Source of the DNA: a virus
Length of the DNA stretch: 64,000 bases
Strand: one strand, 5' to 3'
IMG/VR virus record: IMGVR_UViG_3300030098_001484
Coordinates: 3,000 to 66,999 of that record
A model generated the notes under the pieces. That model searched no databases and had not been told where the DNA came from. It saw only the letters and a program-made list of their open reading frames with translations. Shown here piece by piece: positions 29,115 to 40,372 of the stretch. The stretch's first letter is position 1; each line of letters begins with the position of its first letter. The position numbers and the translations under genes were made by a program.

Positions 29115-31376
29115 TCAATCAGGTCCGGGCCAACCCGCTGCATTAATAAATGACCAAACATTTAATCCATATCTTTCTCCATAGTCTGCCGATGTAGCAC
29201 CTAAAGATTGTCCAATACTATATGACTGATTAGCACCAGCAACCCCTACCGATATATCATTTAAAGCAGATGATCCCCCAGCACCTGAGAAAACATTTCC
29301 TAATAGAGAACACTTAGATGCGTTTTGAACAAACGAAGAACTATCAGTTGGATCGTCAAAATAAATATGGGCCTTAGAACCGGGAGTACCCGACCAATTC
29401 ATAATATTATTATTAATAGCACAGTTTAAAAAGTCGTGAGAATAGATAGTATGTTTAGTATTGGTAAAGGAACCATTCCACTTTATATCAAATATATTAT
29501 TATGAATACCCCACCTAATAGTGCCATTTCCGTCTCGCGTAAAGTCTAAGCCATAAGCCTCGTTATCCGATGTATCTTTAGCTAACACAATAAATATGTT
29601 ATCATTAACTAAAGAATTACTAAAATCGGTGTCATTTTTTCCGGTAATTTTAATACCTTTTGTAAACCCATACATTAAGTTATTAGAAATACGTCCCCCT
29701 GAAAAAGGCAATCCATCGGTAGTAAAGGATGCATGTAAAATATTAATTGCACGGTTTCCTGCTCCTTCATAATCTCTATGAGCAAAAAGTTTATTATTTA
29801 AAATTGTTACAGAAAAGTATGGCATATAGTGTTGAGGGTCTGCATAAATATTTGCGTTTGTATTGTCACCTGTTAGAACTGCATTTTCTTGCATTCCATT
29901 ATCAACAATAATACCATTATTTGAAATATTTTCTATATGATTGTTTGTAATTTCTGTATCTATAGCGGCGGTATAAATATTATGTATATGGTATTTAGCT
30001 TCTAAATGCGGATCAGCACCATTATTAGTGTTATTAAATCTATAGCTTTGAGAAATATGGTTTCCATCTATTTTTGCCCGATTAAATCCGGCTTGTAAGT
30101 GTACAGAAGTTCCTCTAATACCTGTAAATCTATTGTTTAAAATATGACAATGATTTCCTCCTACATATTCGTAGGTTGTTCCTTTTCGTGGACCTGAGCT
30201 TGTTGGACTATATATACCATTTCCGCCTCTTCCACAATGAAAAGTATTGTTTGATATTGTTACATAAGGGGTAGTATTTCCTAATAAAATTAAATCACCT
30301 TCGGGAAACGCTGGTCCCATATATAAATTTGAATCTACGGTGCAGTTATTAACATAGTTTAATTCTAAAATACCACCCGGACAATCGTTAAAAGTACAAT
30401 TATGTATGTTTACGTTATTACAATATTCAATTTCTAATGCTCGATTTAATCCTGATAAACATTCTGCTCCTGTTCCTCCATCGGTTCCTACAGAAGTTGA
30501 ACCACAAGAAGTATATGTAAAGGTTGTTGATGTAGGTGTTGAAGCAACTACTCGTTGCCCAAAAACATGCTGTATAAACTCAAACCCAGAACCATCACTA
30601 TCTCCGTTTCCAAAATAAACATAATCCCCGGTGGTTAAATTGTGAGCAGCAGTTGTAGTAACTGTTACGGTTTCATCAGAAGCGTTAGCAAAACCGTCTA
30701 CAGCAACTACAGAAGTACCCAAAGCATTTCCTTGAAATTGTACGTTAATAATATTAATATTTTCTAAAACACTAGTTAATTTAGTTACTGTAGAGTTGGT
30801 GGTTAATTTTCCTAAAATAGGATCAAGTAATGTTAAATCTTCTGTAGAAGAATCATTAGCTATAACTTTTTGCATGTCACTAAAAAACTTACTTCTTTCA
30901 AAAGTTTCAGCACCATATGGAATAATCTGCATGGATAGTCTACTACCGGCAGATAATAAAGTACTACCAATACTAGTCTCTGTATGATTGGCAATCTTAA
31001 CCCAATCTCCTACAGAAATAGTAGAGGAGTCATTAACTCTAACAACATAGTCGCCAATATTTACAGGAGATGCTACAGTTAGGGCCGTAGCTGTAGTATC
31101 AGTTCCGTAAATCTTAAGAATACTAAACTTACTTTTATTGGTTCCGGTGTACTTAATAGTACCGTTTCTAATTGTAACATTACTTCGGGTTAATGTTAGC
31201 TGCTGATTAGTAGCATAAGTTTTACCTGCAAGATCAATGACACTATAGTCTGATGCGTTTAATGCAAGTTGTAATTCTGGGCCATCGTCTGTGGCTCCAT
31301 CGCCTGCTGCCCCGAAGTCGAGCGGCGTGATGAACCCAGTGTCCATCATACGTAAATTAGTTTTCGTTAGTGCCAT
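29115..31376 (-). CDS. Tailspike / depolymerase, pectate-lyase-like beta-helix
   Basis: DFGAAGDGATDD..LQLALN; repeated I.NN.F beta-helix rungs. Confidence 0.85.
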   Translation of the reverse strand: MALTKTNLRMMDTGFITPLDFGAAGDGATDDGPELQLALNASDYSVIDLAGKTYATNQQLTLTRSNVTIRNGTIKYTGTNKSKFSILKIYGTDTTATALTVASPVNIGDYVVRVNDSSTISVGDWVKIANHTETSIGSTLLSAGSRLSMQIIPYGAETFERSKFFSDMQKVIANDSSTEDLTLLDPILGKLTTNSTVTKLTSVLENINIINVQFQGNALGTSVVAVDGFANASDETVTVTTTAAHNLTTGDYVYFGNGDSDGSGFEFIQHVFGQRVVASTPTSTTFTYTSCGSTSVGTDGGTGAECLSGLNRALEIEYCNNVNIHNCTFNDCPGGILELNYVNNCTVDSNLYMGPAFPEGDLILLGNTTPYVTISNNTFHCGRGGNGIYSPTSSGPRKGTTYEYVGGNHCHILNNRFTGIRGTSVHLQAGFNRAKIDGNHISQSYRFNNTNNGADPHLEAKYHIHNIYTAAIDTEITNNHIENISNNGIIVDNGMQENAVLTGDNTNANIYADPQHYMPYFSVTILNNKLFAHRDYEGAGNRAINILHASFTTDGLPFSGGRISNNLMYGFTKGIKITGKNDTDFSNSLVNDNIFIVLAKDTSDNEAYGLDFTRDGNGTIRWGIHNNIFDIKWNGSFTNTKHTIYSHDFLNCAINNNIMNWSGTPGSKAHIYFDDPTDSSSFVQNASKCSLLGNVFSGAGGSSALNDISVGVAGANQSYSIGQSLGATSADYGERYGLNVWSFINAAGWPGPD

Positions 31377-31402
31377 TTTAAATTATCTCCTTAAGATAAA
31401 AA

Positions 31403-34339
31403 TCATCCGAGTAAATAAGCGTAGCCTATGTTTTGACCCACATATTTATAAAGGTAAAAGTAGTATGTACTAGCATCTTCAGCTTTATAAGCAATATCAA
31501 ATGTTAAAAACCCAGGATATTCAGTATTACCGTTTGTATCTATATCAGATTGAGTAACTGTATATATAGACTTAATAGAACCAGTCATAGAAAAGAATCT
31601 TGCGGGTTGATTTTGAGTAGCTTCAAAACAATAGTCGTAAGTAACCATATCACCATATCCTTCAGTAAAATCTGTAGGTATTCTAGCTTTAGAATCTAAA
31701 GTAGCAATATTTACGCCGCTATCTAAAGTATTTCCTCTTATCCCAGAAAAAGGATCGTTTTTAATTATTGTAGCATAGTATTTTATATGCTCACTATTGC
31801 TAGTACTTGAATCAACTAAAGTGACACCTGCAACTTGTCCATCAAAAAGAATTTCATCTCCCGCTACTACATCTGCTAGAGGTATTTTCCAACGAAAACC
31901 TCCTGATTTCCAGTTATCAATATTTAAATAACCTTCGTTTATTAGCTCAACAGCATTGCTTTGATGGTGAAGAATATCCATACCATAAACATTACAAATA
32001 CTGCGTCTTCTACCTTTACCACCTGATCTATTACTTTCTCCTGCTACTTCTAAATCTCCAGAAATAACTGTATTACCACTAATGGTTGTATTACCCGTAG
32101 AAGCTTGTACAGTAAACTTATCTGTATTTACCGATAAATCACTAGAGACATTTAAGGTACTAGCCGCAGTTACAGAACCGCCTACAGTAATATTACCTGT
32201 AGTAGTAACTGTAGTTGCCGATAAGTCTCCAACAGACGAGTCTATTGTTGTTTGAATTGATGCACCAAAACAAACAAAATAAAGCTCTGCTTCATCTGGC
32301 GGTGCGTTGCCCGCAGAGAATGTAACGGTTGTTCCTGAGATTGAATACTTATTAGCAGGCTGAATAATACCATCTACAGTAATTAGCCATGCCGTATTAA
32401 TTGTAGAGTTAGGAGTTACGCCAACAACAAATGTTAGGTTAGATCCGTCAGCATTTCCAGTAATCGCATTATCTCCAGCACCTCCGGTGTACCAAATTTG
32501 AGGTGTCGAAACAATACTGGAGTTTGTCCACTTACTATTAATATCGTCCCAAGCAATGACATCTCCTATTGCTGGGGTAGCCGAAATATTCTCATTACCA
32601 AGATGCTCCATGCCAATGGTTCCGCTTTCCCATGCACTGCCGCTGTACTTGAGGATATGATTGGCTGCCGGTGTTCCGGTAAACCAGCCAGTATCAACAT
32701 AAGCTTTAGTTGCAGCATCAGTATTGCCCGTAGGCGTAGCGAGAGCCGTAATCTTGTTACTGCCTAAGTTAAACTCACCAGTCGCCGTACGAGAACCGTC
32801 AGTCTTAAAGTACGAGCTATCATCTAAGGTAGCCGTAGCTCCTGCGTTGTACCATTCTGAACTTGCGTTATATCTAAGGTCTTCACCTAAAGCTACTTCA
32901 ATTGCTGTACTGCTTCCGGTAGGAGTAACAAAGCCAGACCTTGTGATAGTATCTACAGTATCTCCAGCAGCAAAGGCTCTACCTCCGGGTGTAGTTGGGA
33001 ATGAACTTTGAGTAATGCCTCCGGTAAAGGCTGTCGGGAGCGTACCAGTGGTATTGGCATTCCAGTTACTATAATTACTAAAGGAAATAGTAGTATTACC
33101 ATCCGCACCCGCAGTACCTTGTGTTAACAGAACTTCTCCCGTAGCTCCGCCACCAGAACTAGCAACAATATCCAATGTAGCTTCACCGTTAATTTCAGCA
33201 ATTAACTCTGCTGCCATTCCTGCTGCGTCATTAGTGGCTGGGTCCATAGCAATATTAGATCCGGCAGCCCCGTCATTGTCGTTATCAACCTCAAATACTA
33301 AAGTAGTACCATCAGAGTCTACAAGGGTTATAGTAGTGGTTTCGTTAGGTTTATCTGTAAGAGTAAAGGTTGCGGTGGCTTTTACGCCCGGTACTACGCT
33401 ACCAAGGTAAGCAATGCCAGTACCTTGAGCGTCTATTAATGCCTTAAGAATTTTACCTTGGTTGGCTGTAAGGGCTTTGGCTGTAGACGTAGAAGTTACA
33501 CTGTCTTCAAGGTCTACATAAACTCCGTCAGAATCTGAAAGTAAACCTCCGTTAGTCTTAGTAACTACGTCTAGACCGGAAGCTCCTCGCTGTACAGTTG
33601 TATTGGTTTTAACTCTAAGCTGGTTAGAATCAAACTCAAGGCCGCCAACGGCAGCTAAGTCTACCGCAAGTGTAGGATTAGATCCCACAGTTCCACCGCC
33701 AGATAAACCATCACCAGCAGTAATAGTGTTGGTTTCACCTTGAGCCATAATACCGCTAGTATCAAGAGTAGCATAACCACTAGGTGTTCCGTAGTAAGGA
33801 TCTAAGTCACTAGCGTAATAAACTTTATCTAATAATTCTTGAGTTAGATATATAAGCTGAGTTGTCTGGTGATTAAGCTGAGATGAGGTAAGCTTAGATC
33901 CAGAAGACCATGTGACGAAAGGAGCAACGCCATAAGTTTTTCTAGCAATAATTATAGTATCAGTCGAAGGATCAAAGGCGGGTAAGTTAACTGTAGTGCC
34001 GTCTCTATCCCACGCATAGTCACTTGCAGTTGAAGACATTGTTATTGTTTTATTAACCGAATCAATAGTATACATAGAACTACCAGAAGTAGAAGTATTA
34101 GGCAGTGTCCATGCTTCCCATTGTTCTGAAGCAGCAATCTTTGTACCACCCAAACCATCTGGAGCAGCGGCAGCTTCAAAGGTTGAAGAAGGAGTAAACT
34201 TACGAATAACAATCAGTTGATCCTGATCGGATACTGCTGAGTTTAAAGAAAGGGTATTGTACGAGTATGTATAGGTACTCGCACTTCCTGAATATTTTAC
34301 AAATGATCCATAAGAATCATTCGTGTTAACGTAAGTCAT
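31403..34339 (-). CDS. Tail fibre protein (gp17-like N-terminal adaptor)
   Basis: IIIARKT..W.SGSKLTSSQLN..TQLIYLTQE; DAATKAYVD; Thr/Ser/Gly-rich. Confidence 0.85.
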   Translation of the reverse strand: MTYVNTNDSYGSFVKYSGSASTYTYSYNTLSLNSAVSDQDQLIVIRKFTPSSTFEAAAAPDGLGGTKIAASEQWEAWTLPNTSTSGSSMYTIDSVNKTITMSSTASDYAWDRDGTTVNLPAFDPSTDTIIIARKTYGVAPFVTWSSGSKLTSSQLNHQTTQLIYLTQELLDKVYYASDLDPYYGTPSGYATLDTSGIMAQGETNTITAGDGLSGGGTVGSNPTLAVDLAAVGGLEFDSNQLRVKTNTTVQRGASGLDVVTKTNGGLLSDSDGVYVDLEDSVTSTSTAKALTANQGKILKALIDAQGTGIAYLGSVVPGVKATATFTLTDKPNETTTITLVDSDGTTLVFEVDNDNDGAAGSNIAMDPATNDAAGMAAELIAEINGEATLDIVASSGGGATGEVLLTQGTAGADGNTTISFSNYSNWNANTTGTLPTAFTGGITQSSFPTTPGGRAFAAGDTVDTITRSGFVTPTGSSTAIEVALGEDLRYNASSEWYNAGATATLDDSSYFKTDGSRTATGEFNLGSNKITALATPTGNTDAATKAYVDTGWFTGTPAANHILKYSGSAWESGTIGMEHLGNENISATPAIGDVIAWDDINSKWTNSSIVSTPQIWYTGGAGDNAITGNADGSNLTFVVGVTPNSTINTAWLITVDGIIQPANKYSISGTTVTFSAGNAPPDEAELYFVCFGASIQTTIDSSVGDLSATTVTTTGNITVGGSVTAASTLNVSSDLSVNTDKFTVQASTGNTTISGNTVISGDLEVAGESNRSGGKGRRRSICNVYGMDILHHQSNAVELINEGYLNIDNWKSGGFRWKIPLADVVAGDEILFDGQVAGVTLVDSSTSNSEHIKYYATIIKNDPFSGIRGNTLDSGVNIATLDSKARIPTDFTEGYGDMVTYDYCFEATQNQPARFFSMTGSIKSIYTVTQSDIDTNGNTEYPGFLTFDIAYKAEDASTYYFYLYKYVGQNIGYAYLLG

Positions 34340-34350
34340 GTCTTCTCTCC

Positions 34351-37305
34351 TTAATCTAAGACTGAACTATATGTAGGTCTAAACATGGCTTTTATTTCCA
34401 TGTTTGATATATTTACTGGAGTGGGATAATCACTCTTAATGAAAACTTGAAGTTCAGAAGCAAAGCCCATAAGTTTAGCTGTCATTTCTCCTTCAGTTTC
34501 AAATAACTGTAATGAACCAAAAGTTTGTTCAAATTTATTTAATTGATTAACATCAAATGTTGTCACCATAGGCGAACGTCCTCGTCTTTGTACTTCAATT
34601 CTATAATTACCTGTATTAGAATGACGTACAGACATTGATTTTAAATTAAGGACACCATTAATTATGTTATTTTCATCGTCCCTAACAAATTGTTGGGATA
34701 GTTCAATATTCATAGTAAAGGTTTCACCAAAATAAATACTTGTATTATCAGTTGCATAATTACCTTGAACAGTTACCCAAGTTTGTTTAGTTTCTGGCTG
34801 CATAACTACAGAATCTGGTGTAATTCTTAAATATTGAAATTCATCCCAACCATCATCAAGAATAACTTCATTAATATTGGGATTTAAAAAAGGAACTACA
34901 AATCTTGTTTGGTCTGTTTCTGATAAATAGGTTGCATTGGACGTAGAATCAACTAAGTGTTTATATCTATGGTCTATTCTAGGTTTTTCAAACTCTTCGT
35001 CTGTTAGTGCAATTCTTTCTAAATACAAAATATCTGTACCATCGCCTCTAGGCTTTCGAATTACAGCATATAATCTATCATCAAAATGCTGCATCGAAAG
35101 TACTTTATCTGTGGAACTGAGTGTCCATTTATGAAAAGCATTTTGAACCGCTCTATCGCCTTGATATCTATTTGTATATATAAATATTTCGTTTTTCTTA
35201 TCTTCGTTTACAAAGAAAATAGAATCTCTTGCACCTGCGGTGGCAACAGTACCAAAATTTTCTGGTAAATACTCAGGACAATGAGAACTAACCTCGGCAG
35301 CAGCGGATATACTAGCTGCTTGAGATGAGTAATAAATATACATTTTTTGTTTAGCAAAGAAATAAATTTGAGATCCCATTAAAATTGGATCAACAAGAGC
35401 AGCCGTAGCATAAAAAGCTGTTGGGGCTAATTCCGCAGTAAATGGCGTAACTGTGTTTTCTGATCCAAGTAATTCAAACTGAGTATCACTGTCTGTATTA
35501 ATAAATAAATAATCTGAGAAAGGAATCATTGCGTTGATTCTGGCGTATTTATTTGAAGAAGCTTGAAGATCAATAGGATCACTGTCTACAATTTTAGCTA
35601 TATCATCAAAGAAGAAATTATCGTAATCACCAATTTGAGACGTAAATAAAGTATCCGCAGCACTAAAAAATAAACGACCACGATAAAAAGCCATTGAATT
35701 GATTTCGATTTGTCTAAGTGTTCCATCATCTTTAGTAAAAATATCTGGGCCGGGATTTGTTTTTCTATTACCACTAGTTCTTGGATCCCATTCAACTGCT
35801 TCGAATTTAAAATTATTAGAGCTAATTAATGTTAGTTTAACAGGCATTCGTTTAGCATCAAACATGCAATGACCATCAGCACTTCTTAGTTTTTGGGTAA
35901 AAGGTCTACCGGCTCCGCCTTCTTCTGTATTTTTTGATATGATTCTATAATATCCTGAAGTAGAAGTTAAATAAGAACCAGCAGCAAAATATACTTTACC
36001 CCTTCCGGTGGCATCTCCGTCTGATGTTCGATGTCCTATGTCAGGATATAATGCTCTTAAGGTTTCTGCTGTTCTATTTACTCCTTTGCCATCACTCCAA
36101 AGATCATCCATAGAACCATTATTAGCTGACATATCTAAAGGAGAAGGAGGGAACTTTATTTTACTAAAGTCATCTAATGCTTGTCCTTTATATGCTTCAT
36201 CTGAAATTGGATAAGACCAATCTTCAACCTGAATTAATTTAGCATCTCTAACATATTTATAGTCATCATTACCACCTCCGATATTATCTACGGTTGGTAA
36301 CGTAGTAGTTCCTTCGGGTAAGTTTCTGAGAACTTCAAATATTTTTAGGTCATCTTTTACAAAATCACCTGCTAAATATGTAGTATTTGCTGTCCATGTT
36401 CGTGCCAATCCTTGAGGATCTTGTTCTATTGTTGTATAATAGGCTATAGAACGCCCCTTTAAATCAATATCATCTATTTGTCCGCCATCTAAATCAAACA
36501 TATAATTAGCTGGATTCGTTAACACAAAAAGATTGTTATTAAAACTAACAACATCATTTAATTTATAACCTTGACCCGGATCTTCAACATAAAAAACCTG
36601 ATGTTCGCCAACAATTTTTCTTAGTTTAGCTCGTAAACCCGACCCATTTCCAGTTACTGTCTTAGCATCGTAAATTTTATGATACTCATAATAATCATTT
36701 TGTATAGATGTGGGCCTAAAAGCAGCATCCCGTAGTGATTGGTTTGGGCCATGCCCTACACCAAAAGGCCAAGCTGGTCCTCTATCTTCGCTAGTAAACC
36801 CTGCTTTAACTGAGCGGTTTAAGATTAATAATGATTGACCAATAGCAATAGCTCTTAGGGCTTCTCTTGCTGTCGAATATTCAGAATTACGATGAGTTAA
36901 ATACCGTCTTTCATCTAAACTAATAGTATCAACAGGAGGAGAAATATCTCTCCAACCAGTTTTTAATAGTCTAAAAATCCAGAGAAATTGTTGGCTACTA
37001 CTAGTTGCGTTAAAATCAATTACAAGTAAATAACGAGCATTACTAGCTACATCAAACCAATGAAACCAAAGATCTTTACTTTCTAGATCTTCTATAGGTA
37101 AATCATATTCGTCTTGTTCTTTGTTTCTAAAAATCTCAAACCCAGATCTTTTACTTACTGATCTTTCCAAGGTAACGTAACAATTCTCAATTGTTTCGGC
37201 TTCCGATGGAAGACGTTTACTAGGTGCTTGTCTACCAACGCCGCCTGACAATGTTAAAATAGGTATTCGTCTATTAGTAGTTTTAACTGGTCGTCTTTTA
37301 GCCAT
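34351..37305 (-). CDS. Tail tubular protein B / nozzle (gp12-like)
   Basis: GGVGRQAP, FYRGRLFF..SQIGDYDNFF..DSDPID, QNAFHKW. Confidence 0.92.
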   Translation of the reverse strand: MAKRRPVKTTNRRIPILTLSGGVGRQAPSKRLPSEAETIENCYVTLERSVSKRSGFEIFRNKEQDEYDLPIEDLESKDLWFHWFDVASNARYLLVIDFNATSSSQQFLWIFRLLKTGWRDISPPVDTISLDERRYLTHRNSEYSTAREALRAIAIGQSLLILNRSVKAGFTSEDRGPAWPFGVGHGPNQSLRDAAFRPTSIQNDYYEYHKIYDAKTVTGNGSGLRAKLRKIVGEHQVFYVEDPGQGYKLNDVVSFNNNLFVLTNPANYMFDLDGGQIDDIDLKGRSIAYYTTIEQDPQGLARTWTANTTYLAGDFVKDDLKIFEVLRNLPEGTTTLPTVDNIGGGNDDYKYVRDAKLIQVEDWSYPISDEAYKGQALDDFSKIKFPPSPLDMSANNGSMDDLWSDGKGVNRTAETLRALYPDIGHRTSDGDATGRGKVYFAAGSYLTSTSGYYRIISKNTEEGGAGRPFTQKLRSADGHCMFDAKRMPVKLTLISSNNFKFEAVEWDPRTSGNRKTNPGPDIFTKDDGTLRQIEINSMAFYRGRLFFSAADTLFTSQIGDYDNFFFDDIAKIVDSDPIDLQASSNKYARINAMIPFSDYLFINTDSDTQFELLGSENTVTPFTAELAPTAFYATAALVDPILMGSQIYFFAKQKMYIYYSSQAASISAAAEVSSHCPEYLPENFGTVATAGARDSIFFVNEDKKNEIFIYTNRYQGDRAVQNAFHKWTLSSTDKVLSMQHFDDRLYAVIRKPRGDGTDILYLERIALTDEEFEKPRIDHRYKHLVDSTSNATYLSETDQTRFVVPFLNPNINEVILDDGWDEFQYLRITPDSVVMQPETKQTWVTVQGNYATDNTSIYFGETFTMNIELSQQFVRDDENNIINGVLNLKSMSVRHSNTGNYRIEVQRRGRSPMVTTFDVNQLNKFEQTFGSLQLFETEGEMTAKLMGFASELQVFIKSDYPTPVNISNMEIKAMFRPTYSSVLD

Positions 37306-37314
37306 TGATCACTC

Positions 37315-37986
37315 CTAAATCTTTGCTCGCCAGAATCTAAATCTAGCAGGATCATTAGTAAATAAATTATGTTCTCTTCTTATTGCCCTTCGTCCTAAAT
37401 CTCCATCAAAAATACTACGAGATTTAGTTACTGCATCTGAAGCTCTACCTTTAGATAAACCAATAGCTTCTTTCTGAGCTAAGTAAGCATCTGCGGCATC
37501 GTCTCCTTGCGTAATCATCTGATACCAACGGGCGGCACTTGTTACAACAGCTTTTTGACTAGCAGAATCCATATCTTCCCATCGTATACTTTGAATAAAC
37601 TCTAAAGTATACTCTGTATTAGCATCCCACTTATCTGTTTGTTCAGTTATGTTATAAAGATATCCGTTAGGTTCTCCTCTAATCCCAGCTTCAATATTGT
37701 AACCATCATATCCGTCTGTAGTATTATCACTAGTATGATTACTTAATAAGATAACATTAATAGCGTCGTTAGGTAACATAATTTTTAAATTAGAATCAGG
37801 CTTAGTCTTCTTAATATAAGTATTATGAGCTAATCCTCGGAACTGATATTCTTCTGAAACCTTATCTAAAATAAACTCTGCAATACTCGTATCTACACCG
37901 GAGGATTCATCAAGATCAGACACCAGTGTTTCACCTGCTGCCAATAGCATTTCATTAATAGCATCAAGCCTTGTAATATATCCCAT
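37315..37986 (-). CDS. Tail tubular protein A (gp11-like)
   Basis: TRLDAINEMLLAAGE..V; follows capsid. Confidence 0.9.
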   Translation of the reverse strand: MGYITRLDAINEMLLAAGETLVSDLDESSGVDTSIAEFILDKVSEEYQFRGLAHNTYIKKTKPDSNLKIMLPNDAINVILLSNHTSDNTTDGYDGYNIEAGIRGEPNGYLYNITEQTDKWDANTEYTLEFIQSIRWEDMDSASQKAVVTSAARWYQMITQGDDAADAYLAQKEAIGLSKGRASDAVTKSRSIFDGDLGRRAIRREHNLFTNDPARFRFWRAKI

Positions 37987-38003
37987 TAGAATCCTCCTTA
38001 GTT

Positions 38004-38042
38004 AAAATAAAAGGCGAACCTCCCCCGAAAGGGAGGCCCACC
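38004..38042 (-). terminator. Intrinsic terminator after capsid gene (T-phi-like)
   Basis: GGTGGGCCTCCCT-TTCG-GGGGAGGTTCGCC-TTTTATTTT. Confidence 0.9.
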
Positions 38043-38068
38043 GTATGTGCGAAAAGATAAAAATTTTA

Positions 38069-39244
38069 TCAGGTCGCTACGTACTCGTTGTACGATCCAC
38101 CATAATCAAGGGCAGTCTTCATTTCTGCTCTTGTATCGTGATCTGCATTTGCCGTCATGAATGCAGCACATTCTGGCTTAAGAACGCCAGTACCTGCCAT
38201 CATGGATGCAACAGTAAATACAGTATTTCGACGAATATCATCTACTGTATCAACCTTAAGACCCTGAAGTTTGATAGCCGCAACAGCGTTGGACTGCCAA
38301 ACAATGGACTTAATTTCACCAGCCGCAAAGTCCAGATTATATCTACCACCGCCAATAGGATTAGTACCACCGCTTTTATCATCGGTTGACATATGGTTAG
38401 ATTTAATAATTGTAACACCCATATACTCAAGAGAATCCTGCATGTTATTCATGCCACGAGTGAATGGCGCACCCAATCCACCGGCCTGAGCAACTCCACC
38501 AAACATAGGCTGAGCATTAATAACGTCTGCCTTATCACGGGCAACACCTAATGCACGAATGTCTTGGAATGCTTGAGGAGTAACGCAAGCATAAACACCC
38601 TCAGTTGGGATGCTTTGCTCCTGTAAGTGAACTACGAAATCTTCAAGATTCTGCAAGAATGAAAGAGCTGCTGTAGTTCTCAATGAAGCTGCACTAGCCG
38701 CATTACCTAAGTGGGTAAGGCCTGAAGAAGCAAATCCACTGTGGAATGTTACACCTCTTGGATCATCAGCAATTTGAGCATCTGCTGATGCACGACAAAG
38801 ATAAGCATAGATCTGCTTATCCCGAGTATTGGCAAGAGTCAGGCCAGCCTGACGAGCCAACTCAGCCCGGAACTCCCATTGAGTAAGCATCAAGTCGATG
38901 TTATCAATCTCAAAGTGAGCGGCCATAGGTCTCTCATCAAGGAATACGCTAAAAGCTTTTGAAGCAGCGTTGTTAGTACTACCTGTAAGCTCTTCGCCTG
39001 CGTCCCAAGACGCTTTAAGATCTACGGTTCCGGTCATTGGGAACGTCATTTCACGACCACTTGAGATGGTCTTAGAATTTACGAGAGGTTCAAACGAATT
39101 GTATTCATCGTAAGCGTGAATCACTTCGCCTGACCAAATAGGAAGCCACAACTTATTCTTAGTTGCGTCTCCACCAGCCGTTGCTGCGGCAACGGTTTCA
39201 CGATATACCATTGCTGTATTGCCTAATGGGCCTACTGCTGTCAT
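38069..39244 (-). CDS. Major capsid protein (gp10-like)
   Basis: LWLPIWSGEV..TISSG....FP..G; G..LANTRD; GTGVLKPECA. Confidence 0.95.
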   Translation of the reverse strand: MTAVGPLGNTAMVYRETVAAATAGGDATKNKLWLPIWSGEVIHAYDEYNSFEPLVNSKTISSGREMTFPMTGTVDLKASWDAGEELTGSTNNAASKAFSVFLDERPMAAHFEIDNIDLMLTQWEFRAELARQAGLTLANTRDKQIYAYLCRASADAQIADDPRGVTFHSGFASSGLTHLGNAASAASLRTTAALSFLQNLEDFVVHLQEQSIPTEGVYACVTPQAFQDIRALGVARDKADVINAQPMFGGVAQAGGLGAPFTRGMNNMQDSLEYMGVTIIKSNHMSTDDKSGGTNPIGGGRYNLDFAAGEIKSIVWQSNAVAAIKLQGLKVDTVDDIRRNTVFTVASMMAGTGVLKPECAAFMTANADHDTRAEMKTALDYGGSYNEYVAT

Positions 39245-39420
39245 AGTAATATCTCCTTAAAATTAAAGTCAACGAAGGGACAAAAAAATAACGATGACAC
39301 ACGTTGGATTATTCCTTACGGAGTCCTCTGTATGGTAATTAAACTAATTCTAAGTTATCCATTGCCTTATAGGGGGATTAATCTTAACTTAAGTTTAATC
39401 TAACATTCCAAAGTTGTCCC

Positions 39421-40371
39421 TCACTCTGGAATATAATTAAAATCTGTTTTCATCATACGCTCTTCGACAGCCGCTCTAAAGTCCGGTTCTATATTAAACC
39501 TAGGATTACTTCGGTCCTGTCTAAATTCACGCATGGTCTTATAGCCTGTTAATGCTTGCTGTGTTGAGGCAACATTAACTTTATTCTGTACCTTGGCAGG
39601 CTCTTGAGCCTTTGGGGAATTACCAGTAGCTTCCATATATCTAGCTTGTAAACCACGAAGAGTTGTTTCTCTCATAGCCTTATTAGAAAAGCCATGATTA
39701 ATTGCAAATCTTTCCTGTTCACTTAGATTCTGTGAAGCCCACTGGAGCATATTCTGTAAGTTTTCCTTACCACCAACGATCTTGGCAGAGTTACCGTAAG
39801 ATTCTCTCATCTTGGCTTTTTGCCCAGCAACGAAATCCTTAATCATTTCAGGACTAAGACCAGTCTTGGTCTGAATTTCCTGCATGGTTTGTTCCATGAT
39901 TTCACCTGTCGTGGCAATCTCATAAGCCCATTGATCCCAATCAGACTTTTCAATTGATTGGAATAAAGGTGCTGGTTCCTCTTCTGGAGGAGCTTCTGCT
40001 TCTGGAATCCTAAGCTCAGCATCTGGCGTATCTACAGGAGAAACTTCAGGCTGAACTTCAGGTTCTGGCTGTGGTGTTGGCTTAGCATTCTGTTCTGCCA
40101 TTTGTTTTCTAAGTTCAGCTATTTCCTGCTGACCTTGGGTATAGTTTTTTTGAGCTTCCTTCAAACCATTAAACCAGCTTTCTGCGTCTTGAAAGTTTTC
40201 TGGAATCTCTACGTTATTTTGGTTAACGTAAGTCTTAAAGGCTTCTTGCTCTGCAATTGCATTAATATCACTAGGAGATGCTGTCATCCCCTGTTGCATT
40301 TCCTGAATCTTTTCTGCTGCCTCGTTAACTTGTGGCTGCTGATAATCAAATTCTGGATTGGTATCGGTCAT
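39421..40371 (-). CDS. Capsid scaffolding protein (gp9-like)
   Basis: Acidic; VGGKENLQNMLQWASQNLS; NPRF..EPDFRAAVEER. Confidence 0.9.
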   Translation of the reverse strand: MTDTNPEFDYQQPQVNEAAEKIQEMQQGMTASPSDINAIAEQEAFKTYVNQNNVEIPENFQDAESWFNGLKEAQKNYTQGQQEIAELRKQMAEQNAKPTPQPEPEVQPEVSPVDTPDAELRIPEAEAPPEEEPAPLFQSIEKSDWDQWAYEIATTGEIMEQTMQEIQTKTGLSPEMIKDFVAGQKAKMRESYGNSAKIVGGKENLQNMLQWASQNLSEQERFAINHGFSNKAMRETTLRGLQARYMEATGNSPKAQEPAKVQNKVNVASTQQALTGYKTMREFRQDRSNPRFNIEPDFRAAVEERMMKTDFNYIPE

Positions 40372-40372
40372 A

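Noticed and set aside
38045-38071. T7 10B-type capsid frameshift extension
   Set aside because: TGA TAA stops are followed closely by a terminator, with no room for an extension domain
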